Source: Scenedesmus sp. PABB004
Taxonomy: Eukaryota
Direction of reading: 5' to 3'
Length of the DNA: 64,000 nucleotides
NCBI GenBank assembly: GCA_014905635.1
Contig: JABVCE010000009.1
Location: 372,001 to 436,000 of the forward strand
Positions 20,611 to 32,646 of the stretch are shown in pieces. Under the pieces are notes generated by a model. The model made no database searches and was not told the origin of the DNA. It saw nothing but the letters and a program-made list of their open reading frames with translations. The translations under genes were made by a program, and so were the position numbers. How positions within the stretch are numbered: the stretch's first letter is position 1; each line of letters opens with the position of its first letter.

Positions 20611-22908
20611 ATGACGCTGGCTCGCGCCTGCTCCGCGCCGGGTGCGTCCCGCGCTGCAACCTAAGCTGCGCAGGCAGCGCTGCGGCGCTCTCACGCCCGC
20701 CGCCGCGCAGGCCCGCCAGCAGCGCAGCTGCCTGCGCTGGCGGACGCCAAGGCGGACTTCCTGGCCGCCGCCGGCGGCGCCTACGGCTACGACGGCTGGC
20801 TGGACGAGCACTACGAGGCCGAGATGGGCTGCCGAATGGACGGGCACCACTACCTCGACTGGACCGGTACGGCGCGCGCTGGGCTCGCGCGGGCGCCCGT
20901 CAAATCCCGCCGCGGCGCGGCGGCGCGCGGGCAGCGGCCAGTGCACCGCGCTGGCGCGTCAATCCCTCCGCCGCCGCGCCGCCGCGGCGCGCAGGCAGCG
21001 GCCAGTACACCACCAGCCAGCTGCGGGCGTCGCTGGAGGAGCTGATGGGCAAGGCGTTTGGCAACCCCCACAGCCGCAACCCGGCGAGCGTGCGCGCGAC
21101 GGCCGAGGTGCGGGCGGCGCGCGCGGCCGTGCTGGCGCACTTCAACGCCGACCCCGAGGAGTACGCGGTGATCTGGACCAAGTGAGCGCGAGCAGCGGCC
21201 GCGCCCCGCCCGCCCGGCGGCTGCCGCGCGGCTCGGCGGCGCCGCCGCGGCCGCCAGCCCGAGCCGCCCACCTGTCGCCGCTGCCCGCGCCGCGCTGCGC
21301 CGCGTGCGCAGGGGCGCGACCGAGGCGCTGAAGATGGTCGCCGAGTTTTTCCCCTGGGGCCCGGACAGCAGCTTCATCTACTCCCGCGCCAACCACAAGA
21401 GCGTGCTCGGCATCGGCGCCGTCGCCGCCGCGGCGGGCGCGTCGCGCGCGTGCCTCGCCCCCGCCGAGCTCGACGCGTGGCTCGCCGCGCCCGGCAGCGC
21501 GCCGCCGGGCGGCGCGCGCGGCGGCGGCGCGCCGGCGGTGCACCTGCTCGCCTACCCGCGCAAGTGCAACTACGACGGCGCGCTCTACCCGACGCGCTGG
21601 GTGTCGGAGGCGCAGGCCAAGAGCGGCGACGGGCAGCGCTACCTGGTGGTCCTCGACGCCGCGGCGTACGCGCCGACGCACCCGCTCGACCTGACCGCGG
21701 TGCGGCCCGACTTTGTGCCCATCAGGTGCGCGCCGCGGTCGGGGGCTCGTCGCGACCCGCGCGCCGCGCCCAAGCCGGCGGGCTGGCGCGCTCGTGGGGA
21801 AACTCGCGTCCGTTCCATCCATGCCCCTCACTCACCCACGCCCCGCCGCACTTCGGACCAGTTTCTACAAGCTCATGGGCTCGCCTACCGGCCTCGGAGC
21901 GCTTCTGGTGCGCAAGGAGGCTGCGGCGCTCCTGACGAAGCGATATTGGGGCGGCGGCAGCGTCGACTACGCGACCGAGGACGGCTGGCACGTCATGTCC
22001 GACCTGCCCGCGGGTGCGAGTTGAACTGCACGGCGCGGCGCGGCGCTGCCCGCGCGCCGGAGCCGCGATGGGGGCGCCTGCGCCCGCGCGTGCGCCCGCG
22101 CGTGCTGCACGCGACGCGCTCGGCGCCCGTGCCCCCGCCTGTGCGCGCGCAGGCTGGGAGGACGGCACGCTGCCGTTCCTGAGCATCGTGAGCCTCAAGC
22201 ACGGCTTTGTGGCGCTGAACGCGCTCGGCGGCATGCCCGCGATCGCGGCGCACGTGGAGAGCCTGCGCGCGTGGACGCACGCGCAGCTCGCGGCGCTCAC
22301 GCACAGCAACGGTGCGCCGCTGCTGCGCGTGTTTGGGCGGCACGCCGACGGGCACGAGCACCAGAGCTGCACGTTCAGCATGCAGGTGCTGTGCCCGCGC
22401 GGCACCGTCATCCCGCCGGGCGTCGTCGAGGGCGCGGCGGTCGCGGCGGGCATCCAGATCCGCACCGGCTGCGCGTGCAACCCGGGCGCATGCCTGCCCA
22501 ACCTGGGGATGACGGCCGAGGACGTGCGTCGTGCCGCCGCGCGCCGCGCCCGCCGCGCCGCGCTTGGGGGCTGCGCCGCCGGGCCTCGCGCCCCGCGAGG
22601 GCCTGGCGCTGAACGCGCCGGGCCCGCCGCTGCCGCCGCCGCCCCCGTCGCCGCCGCAGGAGCGCGCGCGCGCCGCGACGGGGCACCGCGGCCAGATGCT
22701 GACGGTGACGCGGCGCGGGCCGGACGGCGAGGAGCGCGAGGTGGTGCTGCCGACCGGCAGCGTGCGCGCGTCACTGGGCTACCTGAGCCGGTTTGAGGAC
22801 TGCTACGCCCTGCTCGCCTTCCTCGCGGGCCTCCGCGACGCCGCGGGCGTCGCGCTCGTCGCCGCCGCGGGCGTGGCCGACAAGAAGTGGGTCGACACCT
22901 ACTGCTGA
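20611..22908 (+). CDS. Molybdenum cofactor sulfurase-like PLP enzyme, NifS-like domain only (multi-exon)
   Basis: YLDWTGSGQY, FGNPHS, VIWTKGATEALKMVAEFFPW, VLDAAAY, SFYKLMGSPTGLGAL, WEDGTLPF, IRTGCACNPGAC and GSVRASLGYLS. Start codon tentative. Confidence 0.85.
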
Positions 22909-22928
22909 GGTGGTGCTGAGGGGCTGTG

Positions 22929-22933
22929 TGTAA
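22929..22933 (+). promoter_or_regulatory. TGTAA chlorophyte polyadenylation signal (candidate)
   Basis: TGTAA 20 nt after the stop codon at 22908. Confidence 0.45.
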
Positions 22934-23146
22934 CAGCAGTCTCCCAGCCTTGATTTTCTTTTGGCTCAGCGCCGCCCTGCCGCCGCTGTGGTAGCGGTTG
23001 GTCGCAGGGCTGAGCTTCGCTGTCGCAGCTCGTGGCTCGCGCCGGCCCACGCTGCTGCCCCACAGGCTCCGGAGCTGCCGCCACCTGCAGGCCACGCCCG
23101 CTCGCCGCAGCGTGCCACCACCACCGCGCGCCGGACAGCTCGCGCG

Positions 23147-25536
23147 ATGAGGCGCTCCGCGCTGGCCCTGCTGCCGCAGCTGGCGCGCGCGCACGCGCCC
23201 GCCGGCGCCCCTGCGGCGCAGCAGCTGGGCGCTCGCCTGGGCGCGCGCTGGTTCGCGGACGACGCCAACCTGAAGAAGACGGCGCTGTATGACTTTCATG
23301 TCGCCCACGGCGGTGCGTCCGGGGGCGTGGCGGGGCGCGCAGCACCGGGCGGCACCGCTGTCTGCCCGTCAGCCCGGGGCCGGCGCGGCGCCGCCAATGT
23401 GTGGCCGGCGCGGGCGGCGCGGCGGCGCGCGCTGCTTGAGCAGCGGCAGCGCCCGCGCCCGCACGCACGGCCGCCCGCAGCAGCAGCGGCGCGCGGCGGC
23501 GGCCGCGGGAGGCGGCCAGCAGCACCCACGTCCCTGGTCCAGGGCTGGCCCCGGCCCTCGCGCGCCCCGCTCGCGCGGCGCGCCGACGCGCGGCCGATGC
23601 ACCGCCTCCGCCGCGCCCTTTGCCTCCTCCAGGCAAGATGGTTCCCTTTGCCGGCTGGTCGATGCCGATCCAGTACAAGGACAGCATCATGGACAGCACG
23701 ACCTGGTGCCGCGCGCACGCGTCGCTCTTTGACGTCGCGCACATGTGCGGCCTCTCGCTCACGGTGAGCCCGCAGCAGCAGGGCTGGGTAGCAGCGGGGC
23801 GCGCCCCGGCGCGGGCGGACGGCAGGGGAGCACGGCCAGCCCGCGGCGCCGCCGCCGACCGCGCCGCGCGCCGTCGCCGGCGTCGACGCCGCCGCGCCGC
23901 AGGGCAAGGACGCGGTGCAATTCCTGGAGTCGCTCGTCGTCGGCGACGTCGCGGGCCTCGCCGACGGCACGGGCAGTCTGAGCGTGTTCACCAACGAGAA
24001 GGGCGGCATCATCGACGACACCGTCATCACCAAGGCACGCGCGCGCGCCGCGCCCTCGCCGGCGCGCAAGCGGCCGCGCAGCGCGCCGCCGCCGCGCCGC
24101 TCGACCGCGCGCACGTGCGCCCGCGCCTGACCGCGCGCGCGCTCTGCCCCTGAAATGACCGCCGCCGCAGGTGAAGGGTGACGAGATCTACCTTGTGGTC
24201 AACGCCGGCTGCCGTGACAAGGACCTCGCCCACATCGGCAAGCACCTCGCCGACGCGAAGGCGCGCGCCGCGCCGCGCAGCGGTGCTGCCGGCGCGGCCT
24301 GCTGGGCTCGTGCTGGGCTGGGCTGGGCGCGCGCGGCGGCGCCCGGCCGCGCGCCCGCCCGCCCGCGGCTGACCCGCCACCCGCGCCCGACCGCCGCGCC
24401 GCCGCGCCCGACTGCCGCCGCAGGCCAAGGGCATGGACGTGGCGATGACGGTGCACGACGACCGCGGCCTGCTCGCGCTGCAGGGCCCCTCGGCGATGCC
24501 GGTGCTGCAGAAGCTCACCAAGGCCGACCTCTCGAAGCTCTACTTCGGCCAGTTTGCGCGCTTCGACATCAAGGGCGTGCCCTGCTGGATCACGCGCACG
24601 GGGTACACCGGCGAGGACGGCTTCGAGCTCTCCATCCCCAACGACGGCATGGTCGCGCTCGCAGAGGCGCTCGTGGCCGACCCCGAGGTGCGCGCCCGCC
24701 GCACCCGCCACACGAGCCGCACCCGCCGCCACACACGCGCGCCGCCCGCCCGCGCCTGTGGCCTCACCCCGCCCGCCACGCCGCGCGCGCCGCGCGCGCC
24801 GCGTGCCGCGCCAGGTGCGGCTGTCGGGGCTGGGCCCGCGCGACAGCCTGCGCCTCGAGGCGGGGCTGTGCCTCTATGGCAACGACCTGGAGCAGCACAT
24901 CACGCCCATCGAGGCGGGGCTCGCGTGGACGGTCGGCAAGCGCAGGCGCACCGCGTTTGACTTCCTCGGCGGCGAGGTGCGCTCGGCCGCGGCGCGGCGC
25001 GCCGCGGCGGCGGTTGCGGCGGCGGCGGCAGGGCGGGGCCCGCGCCGGCGTGCCGAGCCGCGCCCGCGCCCGCGCCGGCGCCGCGCGCCCGCAGGTCATC
25101 AAGCAGCAGCTCGCGGACGGCGTGCCGATCCGGCGCGTTGGCTTTGTCAGCGCCGGCGCGCCTGCGCGGCAGCACAGCGAGATCAAGACGCCCGAGGGCG
25201 AGGTCGTGGGCGAGGTCACGAGCGGCGCGTTCTCGCCCTGCCTCAAGAAGAACATCGCCATGGGGTGAGCCCGCGACGCGCCGCGCCGCGCCGCCGCGCG
25301 CCGCCGCGGCGCGGCACAGCACGCCGCGGCGCAGCGGCTGGCGGCCGGCGGCCGGCCGGCGGGCAAGGGCCGGGGTCGATCGCGCCGTCGCGCGTGGCAC
25401 CGCGCCGCGCCGCAGGTACGTGAAGAAGCCGTTTGACAAGGCGGGCACGGTGCTGAAGCTCGTCGTGCGCGGCAAGGAGAACGAGGCGACCGTGACCAAG
25501 ATGCCGTTCGTCAAGACGACATACTACAAGGGCTGA
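23147..25536 (+). CDS. GCST: Glycine cleavage system T protein (aminomethyltransferase), mitochondrial (multi-exon)
   Basis: [75 protein letters not shown] and [11 protein letters not shown]. Confidence 0.97.
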
Positions 25537-25804
25537 GCGGTGTAGCTGGCTGTGGCGTTCTTTGCGGGCTTGGCGGCGCCGCGCGCCGCGCATCGCGGGG
25601 CGGTCGGCGCCGTTAACGCGGTTCAAGCGCGCCACCGACGGCCCCCGACGTACAGCGCACCCCCAGCGGCCACACGCAGCGCAGCGAGCAGCGAGCGAGG
25701 TGCTCTCTCCGTGCGGCAGCAGCGGTTGCGGGCAGCGGCGCGCTGCGGCGCCAGCGATCGGCGGCGCGAGAGGCGCCATGCTCCCGCGCCCGTGAGCAGC
25801 AGGC

Positions 25805-28800
25805 ATGGCCGAACCACCGGCGCCGGACCGGCCCGCGCCGGCGCCCGGGGGCGGCGGCGCACCGGCTGCAGCGCCGCAGCAGCAGCCCGGCGGCGACGAG
25901 CTCGAGCCGCAGCTCAAGTACGAGCGCCTGGGCGCGGACGTCAAAGCCATCCTGCGTGGCGCCTCCGCCACGGCCCTGGCGCTGTCGGAGAAGGTGCTGG
26001 CGCTGGGCACGAGCGCGGGCGCGCTGCACATACTCGACTACAGCGGCAACGAGGTGCGCCCCGCGCCGCCCGCCCGAGCAGCTGCAGCTGCAGCACCGCC
26101 AGGCCACACGCTGCAGCAGATCCGGCGCCGCCGCGGGGGCGCCAACCGCCCCGCGCGCCGCGCCGCGCCGCGCCGGCGCGCCGCCGCAGGTCAAGCGCTT
26201 TGCGCTGCACAGCAAGCCCGTCATCTCCATCAGCTTTGACGACAAGGCCGAGTTCGTGGCCAGCTGCTGCGGCGAGGCCTACGTGTCGGTGCGCGGCGCC
26301 GGCGCCGGCGCCGCCCAGCCGCGCGGCCGCGCAGGGTTTGGCGGCGCCGCCGCGCCGACGCCGCGCCCGGCCCGCCCTCCAGATCAGCGGGCTGTACAGC
26401 GACGAGACAACCAAGTTTGCGTTCAAGCGCCCCATCACGGTGCGGCGGCGGCCGCCGCGGGCGCGGCGGCGGCAGTCGCACGGAGGCCGCCGCAGCTGAC
26501 GGGCCCCAACGCGCGGCGCCCGCGGCGGCCGCGCGCGCAGGTGGTCGCGCTGGAGCCGCGCTACGCGTCGCGCAAGACGCGGGAGTTTGTCACTGGTGAC
26601 GTGCGCGGCCGGCTCAAGCTCAGCTCGCAGGCGCGGCGCCGGCGCGCCGGGCACCACGCACACTGCCGCGGCGCGCTGTGGCGGCGCAGGCGCGCCCGCG
26701 CCGGCCGCCGACGGCCCGGCCCGCCGCCGCCACCGCGCAGGGCTGGCTGGGGCGCAGCGACCACGTGCTGCACCAGGGCGAGGGCGCAATCCGCGCGGTC
26801 GCATGGCACGGCGGCACGCTGGTGTGGGCCAACGACGTCGGCGTCAAGGTGCGCTGCAGCGGCGGCGGCGGCGGCGCGGCGCGGCGGGGAGCGGTCCGCC
26901 GGCCGCCGTGGCCTCCCGGCCCGCGCACGCCGCCGCGAGCGCCGCCGCCGCCCTGCGCTGCAGCTGTACGACACGCACACGCACCAGTTCATTGGCAACG
27001 TGTCGCGCCCGCGCGGCGGCCGCTTCGCCGACTGCGCCGCGTGCGCGCTGCACCTGCACGAGGGCGCCACACTCTACGTGGCGTGGCCTGATCACATCAA
27101 GGTCGCGCACGTCGTCGCGTCAACGTGTGCCGTGTCGGGCGTCGTGACCAAGCGCGTCGCGGTCAGCGCGAGCGTGCCGACCGAGTTTTTCTGCCTGGTG
27201 CGCGCAGCGCCGCGCCGCGCGGGAGGACGCCGCGCGCTCGGGGAGAGGAGAGGGCGTCGCGGCGGCCCCCGCACGCGCGCGCGCGCCGCGCCCGGCTGCG
27301 CGCGCCGCGCCGGGCTGCTGGCCCTGACCCTGACCCTCCCCCGCCGCTGCGCGCGGCGCAGGGCGCCGTGCCGCACGGCGACGACCTGGCGGTCCTCGCG
27401 TATGTGACTGACGCAGACCCCGAGCAGGACCAGGTGGGGCTGAGCCGCGAGGCGATCCCGCTCGCGTCGGCGGACGACGCGGCCGCGGCGAGCGAGGGCG
27501 CGGCGGCGGGCGAGGGCGCGGCGGCGGACGAGGGCGAGCAGCAGGCCGGCGCGGCCGCCGGCGGCGGTGGCGCCGCCGCCGAGGGCGCAACGGTGGCGGC
27601 GGCGGCGGCGGCGCGGCCCGAGCGCGCGGCGGCGGGCTCGGCCATCAACATCCCTCAGCCCGTGCGGCGGCCGCAGCGCGCTGCCAACGCCGTGGTCCAC
27701 TCGCCCAGCGGGCGGGGGCTGCTAGAGGAGGCGGCGGCCGCGGCGGTGGCCAGCGCAGCCGCGGCGGCCGCCGCCGACGCGGCCGGCGCGGCGGGCGGCG
27801 ACGCGGCGGACGCGGCGGACGCGGCGGACGCGGCGGACGCGGTGGACGCGGCCGGAGCGGCGGGCGGCGGCGCACCCGCCACCTGCGCTGAGGCCGGCGC
27901 CGAGGCCGGCGCGCCGGCGGTGGCCGAGGGCGCGGGCGACGAGGCCGGCGCAGAGCCGGCGGCAGCAGCACTCGGCGACGGCGCTGCCGGCTCCAGCCCG
28001 CCCTCCACGTCGTCGCCGCGCAAGGTCAAGCCTGTGGTGTCGTTCGCGGGGCCCGGCCGCAGCAGCGGCGTGGGCGCCGACGCGCCGGGGGCGTCGCCCG
28101 GCGCCGCCAACAAGCCGCCGCTGCCGGGCGGCTGGAGCCGGCAGGCCTCGGTGGCGAGCAGCCGTGCGTCGGAATCGGCGTCAGAGTACGTGCGCGAAGG
28201 TGCGGCGCGGCGGTGCGCGGGTGTTGCTGGCGCTCGGCGCTGGTGGCAGTCCAGGCGAGGGGGGCGCGCGCGGCGCCCGTGCCCAACCCGCTGCCGCCGT
28301 CGCGCCGCAGCCTACGCGCCGCCCGGCGCGCCGCTGCGGCCGGAGCTGCGCATCCTCACGCTGCCGCCGGCCGGCGCGGCCGCCGCCGGCGCCGGCGCCG
28401 CCGGGCACCACGCGCACGCGGGCCACGCGCCCGGCGGGCCCGGGTCCGGCCTCGCGGCGGGGCAGCCGCCCGCGGCGTGCTGCGCCGAGAAGGCGTCGGA
28501 CGCGCTGAGCGTCAAGGGCTACGCCCAGTGCCTGCCCTGCGACTACGTGCTGGTCCCCTCGTACGGCAACGACTTTGCGCTCATGTCCGGCGGCGGCCGG
28601 CGCCGCGCGCGCCGCGCCGCGCCGCCGCCGTCGCCGCCGCGGAGCGCCGGCGGCGCGGGCGCGGGCGCGGCGCGCGCGAGCGGCGGCGGGGGCGGGGACG
28701 GCCCCGGCGGCGGCGCGCTCGCCGCGGCCCGCGCCGTGGCCGAGGGCGGCGCCGAGGGCGAGGCCGAGGCTGGCGCTGAGGTGGAGGACTTTGGGGAGTT

Positions 28801-31800
28801 TATGTATTTCATTGTTGCCCCCCGGGTACGGCCAGAGTCAGTCAGCCATCGCACGCGCGCGCGCGCCGCGCGGGCTCTCTGCCGGCCGGCGCTTGCGGCG
28901 CCCGCGCCCGCCGCCTCTCTCTGACCCGCCCTGCCACGCGCCGCCACGCGCCGCCACGCAGGACATCGTCGTCGGGCGGCACCGCGAGGCGGAGGACCGC
29001 ATTTCCTGGTTCCTCGCCGCGGGGCGCTTCGACGCGGCGCTCGCAATTGCCGAGGCGGACCGCGCGCTGCCGCGCAGCGTGTGGGACACCGTCGTGCAGG
29101 CGCGCCGCGCGGCGCGCCGCGCGGGGCGCGGCTGCCCGCCCGCCACGCGGCCGCCAGCGCTGTCGACGCGCCGCCGCCGCCGCCGCCGCCGCCGCGTGCT
29201 TGCCTCCCACCCACGCCCGCCGTCCTCCCCACCCCGCCCTCCCCGCCCACGCCCGCCGTCCTCCCACCCCACCCGCCCCCTCCCCGCCCACGCCCGCCGT
29301 CCTCCTGGCCCCACCTCCAGGCGTACCTGGAGTACCTCACCGCCGCGGGCCGCTGGGGCGCCGCCGCGGCCAAGCTGCCGGCGCTGCTCAAGGACCAGGC
29401 CGCGCTGTGGGAGCGGTGGGTGTACGTCTTTGCCCAGGTGCGCCTGTGCGCGCGTGCGCGCGCGCCTGTCGCTGCTGCCGCTGTCGGTGCACAGGCGGCG
29501 GCCGACCCGCCCCGCCGCGGCCCGCGCCACGCCGCACCGTGCAGGCGCGGCAGCTGCCAATGCTGGCGCCCGTGCTGCCCACCAAGGCGCCCACGCTGCA
29601 CAGCCAGTGCTACGACCTGGTGCTGCAGGTGCGGCGGCGTGAAGCGCGGCTGGGGCTGTGGGGCGTTGACCGCCGCGCGCCGCGCCCACCTGCGCTGCTC
29701 CCTGTGCCCGCCCGTGTCTCCCCGCGCGCAGGCGCTGCTCGCGGACCCGGCGCACCACGCGCAGCTGCTCGCGCTCGTGAGCGCGTGGCCGGGCGCGGTG
29801 TTCCACCCGACTGCGCTCATCGACGCCATCGCGCAGCGCATGCAGCGGTGCGCCGCCCACGCCGCGCGCGCGCGCCGCGCACACACCCCCGCCTCCCTCC
29901 GCGCGCGCACGCGCGAGCGTGCCCACGCACCTGGCCCCGGCCGCCGCGGCGCGGCGCGCGGCGCGCAGGCCCGGCGGCGACAGCCGCGACCTGTGGCAGG
30001 CGCTCGCGGTGCTGTACCGCGGCCAGGGCCGCCCCGACCTCAGCCTCGCGGTCTACCTGCAGCTCCGCCTGCCCGCGGTCTTCGACTTCATCCAGGCGCG
30101 CGACGCGCGGGGCACAGCGCTGCGCCTCGGCGGCCGCGGCGGCGGCGACCTGCAGCGCTGCGCGCGACCTCCCCGCAACACACCCGCCGCGGCGCGCCGC
30201 CGATGCGCGGCCAATGAATGCGGTGCCGATTGGTGGTGCGCAGGAGCACAGCCTGCTGAGCTACCTCGACGAGAAGGCCTACCTGCTCATGGCCATCGAC
30301 GAGGGCCGCGCCCTCGACCTGCTCGCGGGCCACCTCGACACGCTGCCGCCCAGTGCGCGCGCGCGCGCGCGCACGCGGCGGCGGCGGCCGCGGCAGCCGG
30401 CGGGCCCGGGGCGGGGCTGCGCGCGCGCGATCGCGCGCTCACGCGTTGTGCTGCGCGCGGCGCGCGGCAGGCGCGGTCGTGCCGGGGCTGCTCGACGCGA
30501 TGGCCGCGGCCGAGGGCGGCGCCGAGGGCGGCGGCGAGGGCGCCGAGGGCGCCGAGGTGTGGCGGCGCCGGCTGTTCCGCTACCTGGACAAGGTCTTCAA
30601 GGTGACACCGCTGCGCACGCTGAGCGCGCTGTGTGCGCTGCGTGCACTGCAAGGTGCCCCCGCGCGCGCGCCCGGCCGCCCGCGGCGAGGCCCAGCGCAC
30701 CGACGCCGCGGCGCGCCGCGCGGGCCGCAGGCCGACCCGAGCGCGGGGCCCGAGTACGGCGAGCTCTGCGTGCACCTCTACGCTGATTATGCGCCCGGGC
30801 GGCTCATGGCCTTCCTCACCGGCAGCCAGGCCTACCCGCTCGAGGTGGCGCTCGAGGTGGCGGAGGCGCGCGGCATGGTGGACGAGCAGGCGCGCCCGCG
30901 GCGGCGGCACGCGCGCGGGGCACGATGCGGCGCGGGCGCGGCGGCGCACGGGCGCACGGGGCGCGTGCTCGCGGCCCCGCCGCGCCGACGCTCGCCCGCG
31001 CCGCCCGCGCTGCGCCCGTCCGTCCCTGCCGCCGCCGCGCGCGCGCTCGTCGCGCGCGCCGCGCCGCGCCGCGCCGCGCAGGTGTACGTGCTGTCGCGCA
31101 TGGGCAACGCGCGCGGCGCGCTCGCGCTCATCATCGAGCGCCTGCAGGACGTGCCGCGCGCGATCGACTTTGTGCGCGCCGCGCGCGACGACGAGCTGGT
31201 CGAGGAGCTCATCGACTGGGCGCTGCGCTCCGCCGACACCACGGGTGAGGCGGCGGCAAGGCCGCGCGCCGGCGGCTCGCCCGCGCCGGGGCTCGCCCGC
31301 GGCGGCGGCTGCGGCGGCGGCCGCGGCGCGCCCGGCCTCGCTTTTCCCGAGCGGCCCCCGGCCGCGCCGCCGCACGCGGCCGCGCGCGCAGGGCAGCTGC
31401 TGGACCACATCGGCGGCAACATCAACCCGCTGCGCGTCATCTCCAAGCTGCCGCCGGGCTTGGAGATCGAGCGCCTGCGCGACCGCCTGCGCGGGATCAT
31501 CTCCGACTTTCGAACGCAGACGAGCCTGCGCGAGGGCTGCAACGCGATCCTGCGCAGCGACTGCCTGCACCTCGTCACGCGCCTGCAGGCCGAGGTCAAG
31601 CGCGCGCTGCCGGTGGTGTGGGTGCAGCGCCTCGGCCCGCACGGCGCCGGCGCGGCGGCGGCGCTCGCGGCGGCCGCCGACGGCGCGGCCGAGCGCGCCG
31701 CGCTGGGCGGCGGCAGCAGCGGCGGCGGCGCCGCGGCGGGCGACGGCCGCGCCCGCCGCGGCGGCAGCGGCAGCGCCGGCGGCGGCCGCGAGCTCGCCGG

Positions 31801-32421
31801 GTCGGTGAGCAGCCCGTCGGCCGCGGTGCTCGCCGACCTCGACTCGCTGCTGCCGGGCTCCAAGCCGCTCGAGGGCCCCGGCGCGAGCCCCGGCCGCGCG
31901 CGGCGGCCGGCGAGCTTTGTGCCGCCGCCCGCGCCGCCGGCCAAGGGCCCCCAGTGGCTGCGCTATGCGTCCGGCAGCGGCTGCGCCATGGAGGTGGTCG
32001 GCGCGCAGGACGTGCCCGCGGCGGCCGCGGCCGCGGCGGCGGCCTTCGGCGGCGGCTTCGGCGGACCCGGCAGCAGTCGGAGCCCCTCGCCCTGGGTGAG
32101 CCCGCGGCGACGGCCCCGCGGCTCGCGCGCACGCGCGCTTGCCGCCCGCCCGCCGCTGACGCACGCCCGCCCCGGCCGCCGCAGGGCGGCGCGCCCGCCG
32201 GCTCTGCGCCCGGCGGTGGCGACGCGGCGGCGCAGCCCCCCGTGCGCGTGTGGGTCGGCAACCCGCTGGCCAGCGACGACGCGCTCGACGCCCTGGGCGA
32301 CGCGCTCAGCGGCGGCGGCGCCGGCGACCAGGCGCGCGGCGGCCGGCGCGGCGCGCCGCGGCACGGGCGCGGCGCGCCTGCGCCGCCGCTGCCGAGCCTG
32401 GTGGAGGCGTTTGCGGTGTGA
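25805..32421 (+). CDS. VPS41: Vacuolar protein sorting 41 (HOPS subunit; multi-exon)
   Basis: EPQLKYERLG, DHVLHQGEGAIRAVAW..WANDVGVK, YFIVAPRDIVV..EDRISW, WERWVYVFA, YPLEVALEV, VYVLSRMGN and LRDRLRGIISDFRTQTSLREGCNAIL. Confidence 0.92.
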
Positions 32422-32646
32422 TCACGGGCCGGCGGCGGGGGCGGCAGCGCGGGCGAACGCTGCCAGCTGCAACCGCGCGCGGCGGAGCGAGCTCGAGAGG
32501 CGCGCGACGCAGCAACGTTGCCCGCACACAGGCGCGCGCCGCCGGCTGCTTGCGCAGCAGCCATCCAGAGCGCTCAGAAGTCAAGGAGGGCGGCAGCTGC
32601 CTGCAGGTCACTCGAAGAATCGCTCTCGCACGCACAAAACCCAGCT

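Noticed and set aside
18667..20611. TPP riboswitch in or near the thiamine carrier gene
   Set aside because: No CTGAGA plus ACCTGAT..TAAT consensus was found by eye.
29210..29305. Three copies of CCCACGCCCGCCGTCCTCC in a VPS41 intron, and (CCCGAGCTC)x3 at ~53103-53130
   Set aside because: These look like ordinary local slippage repeats with no sign of function.
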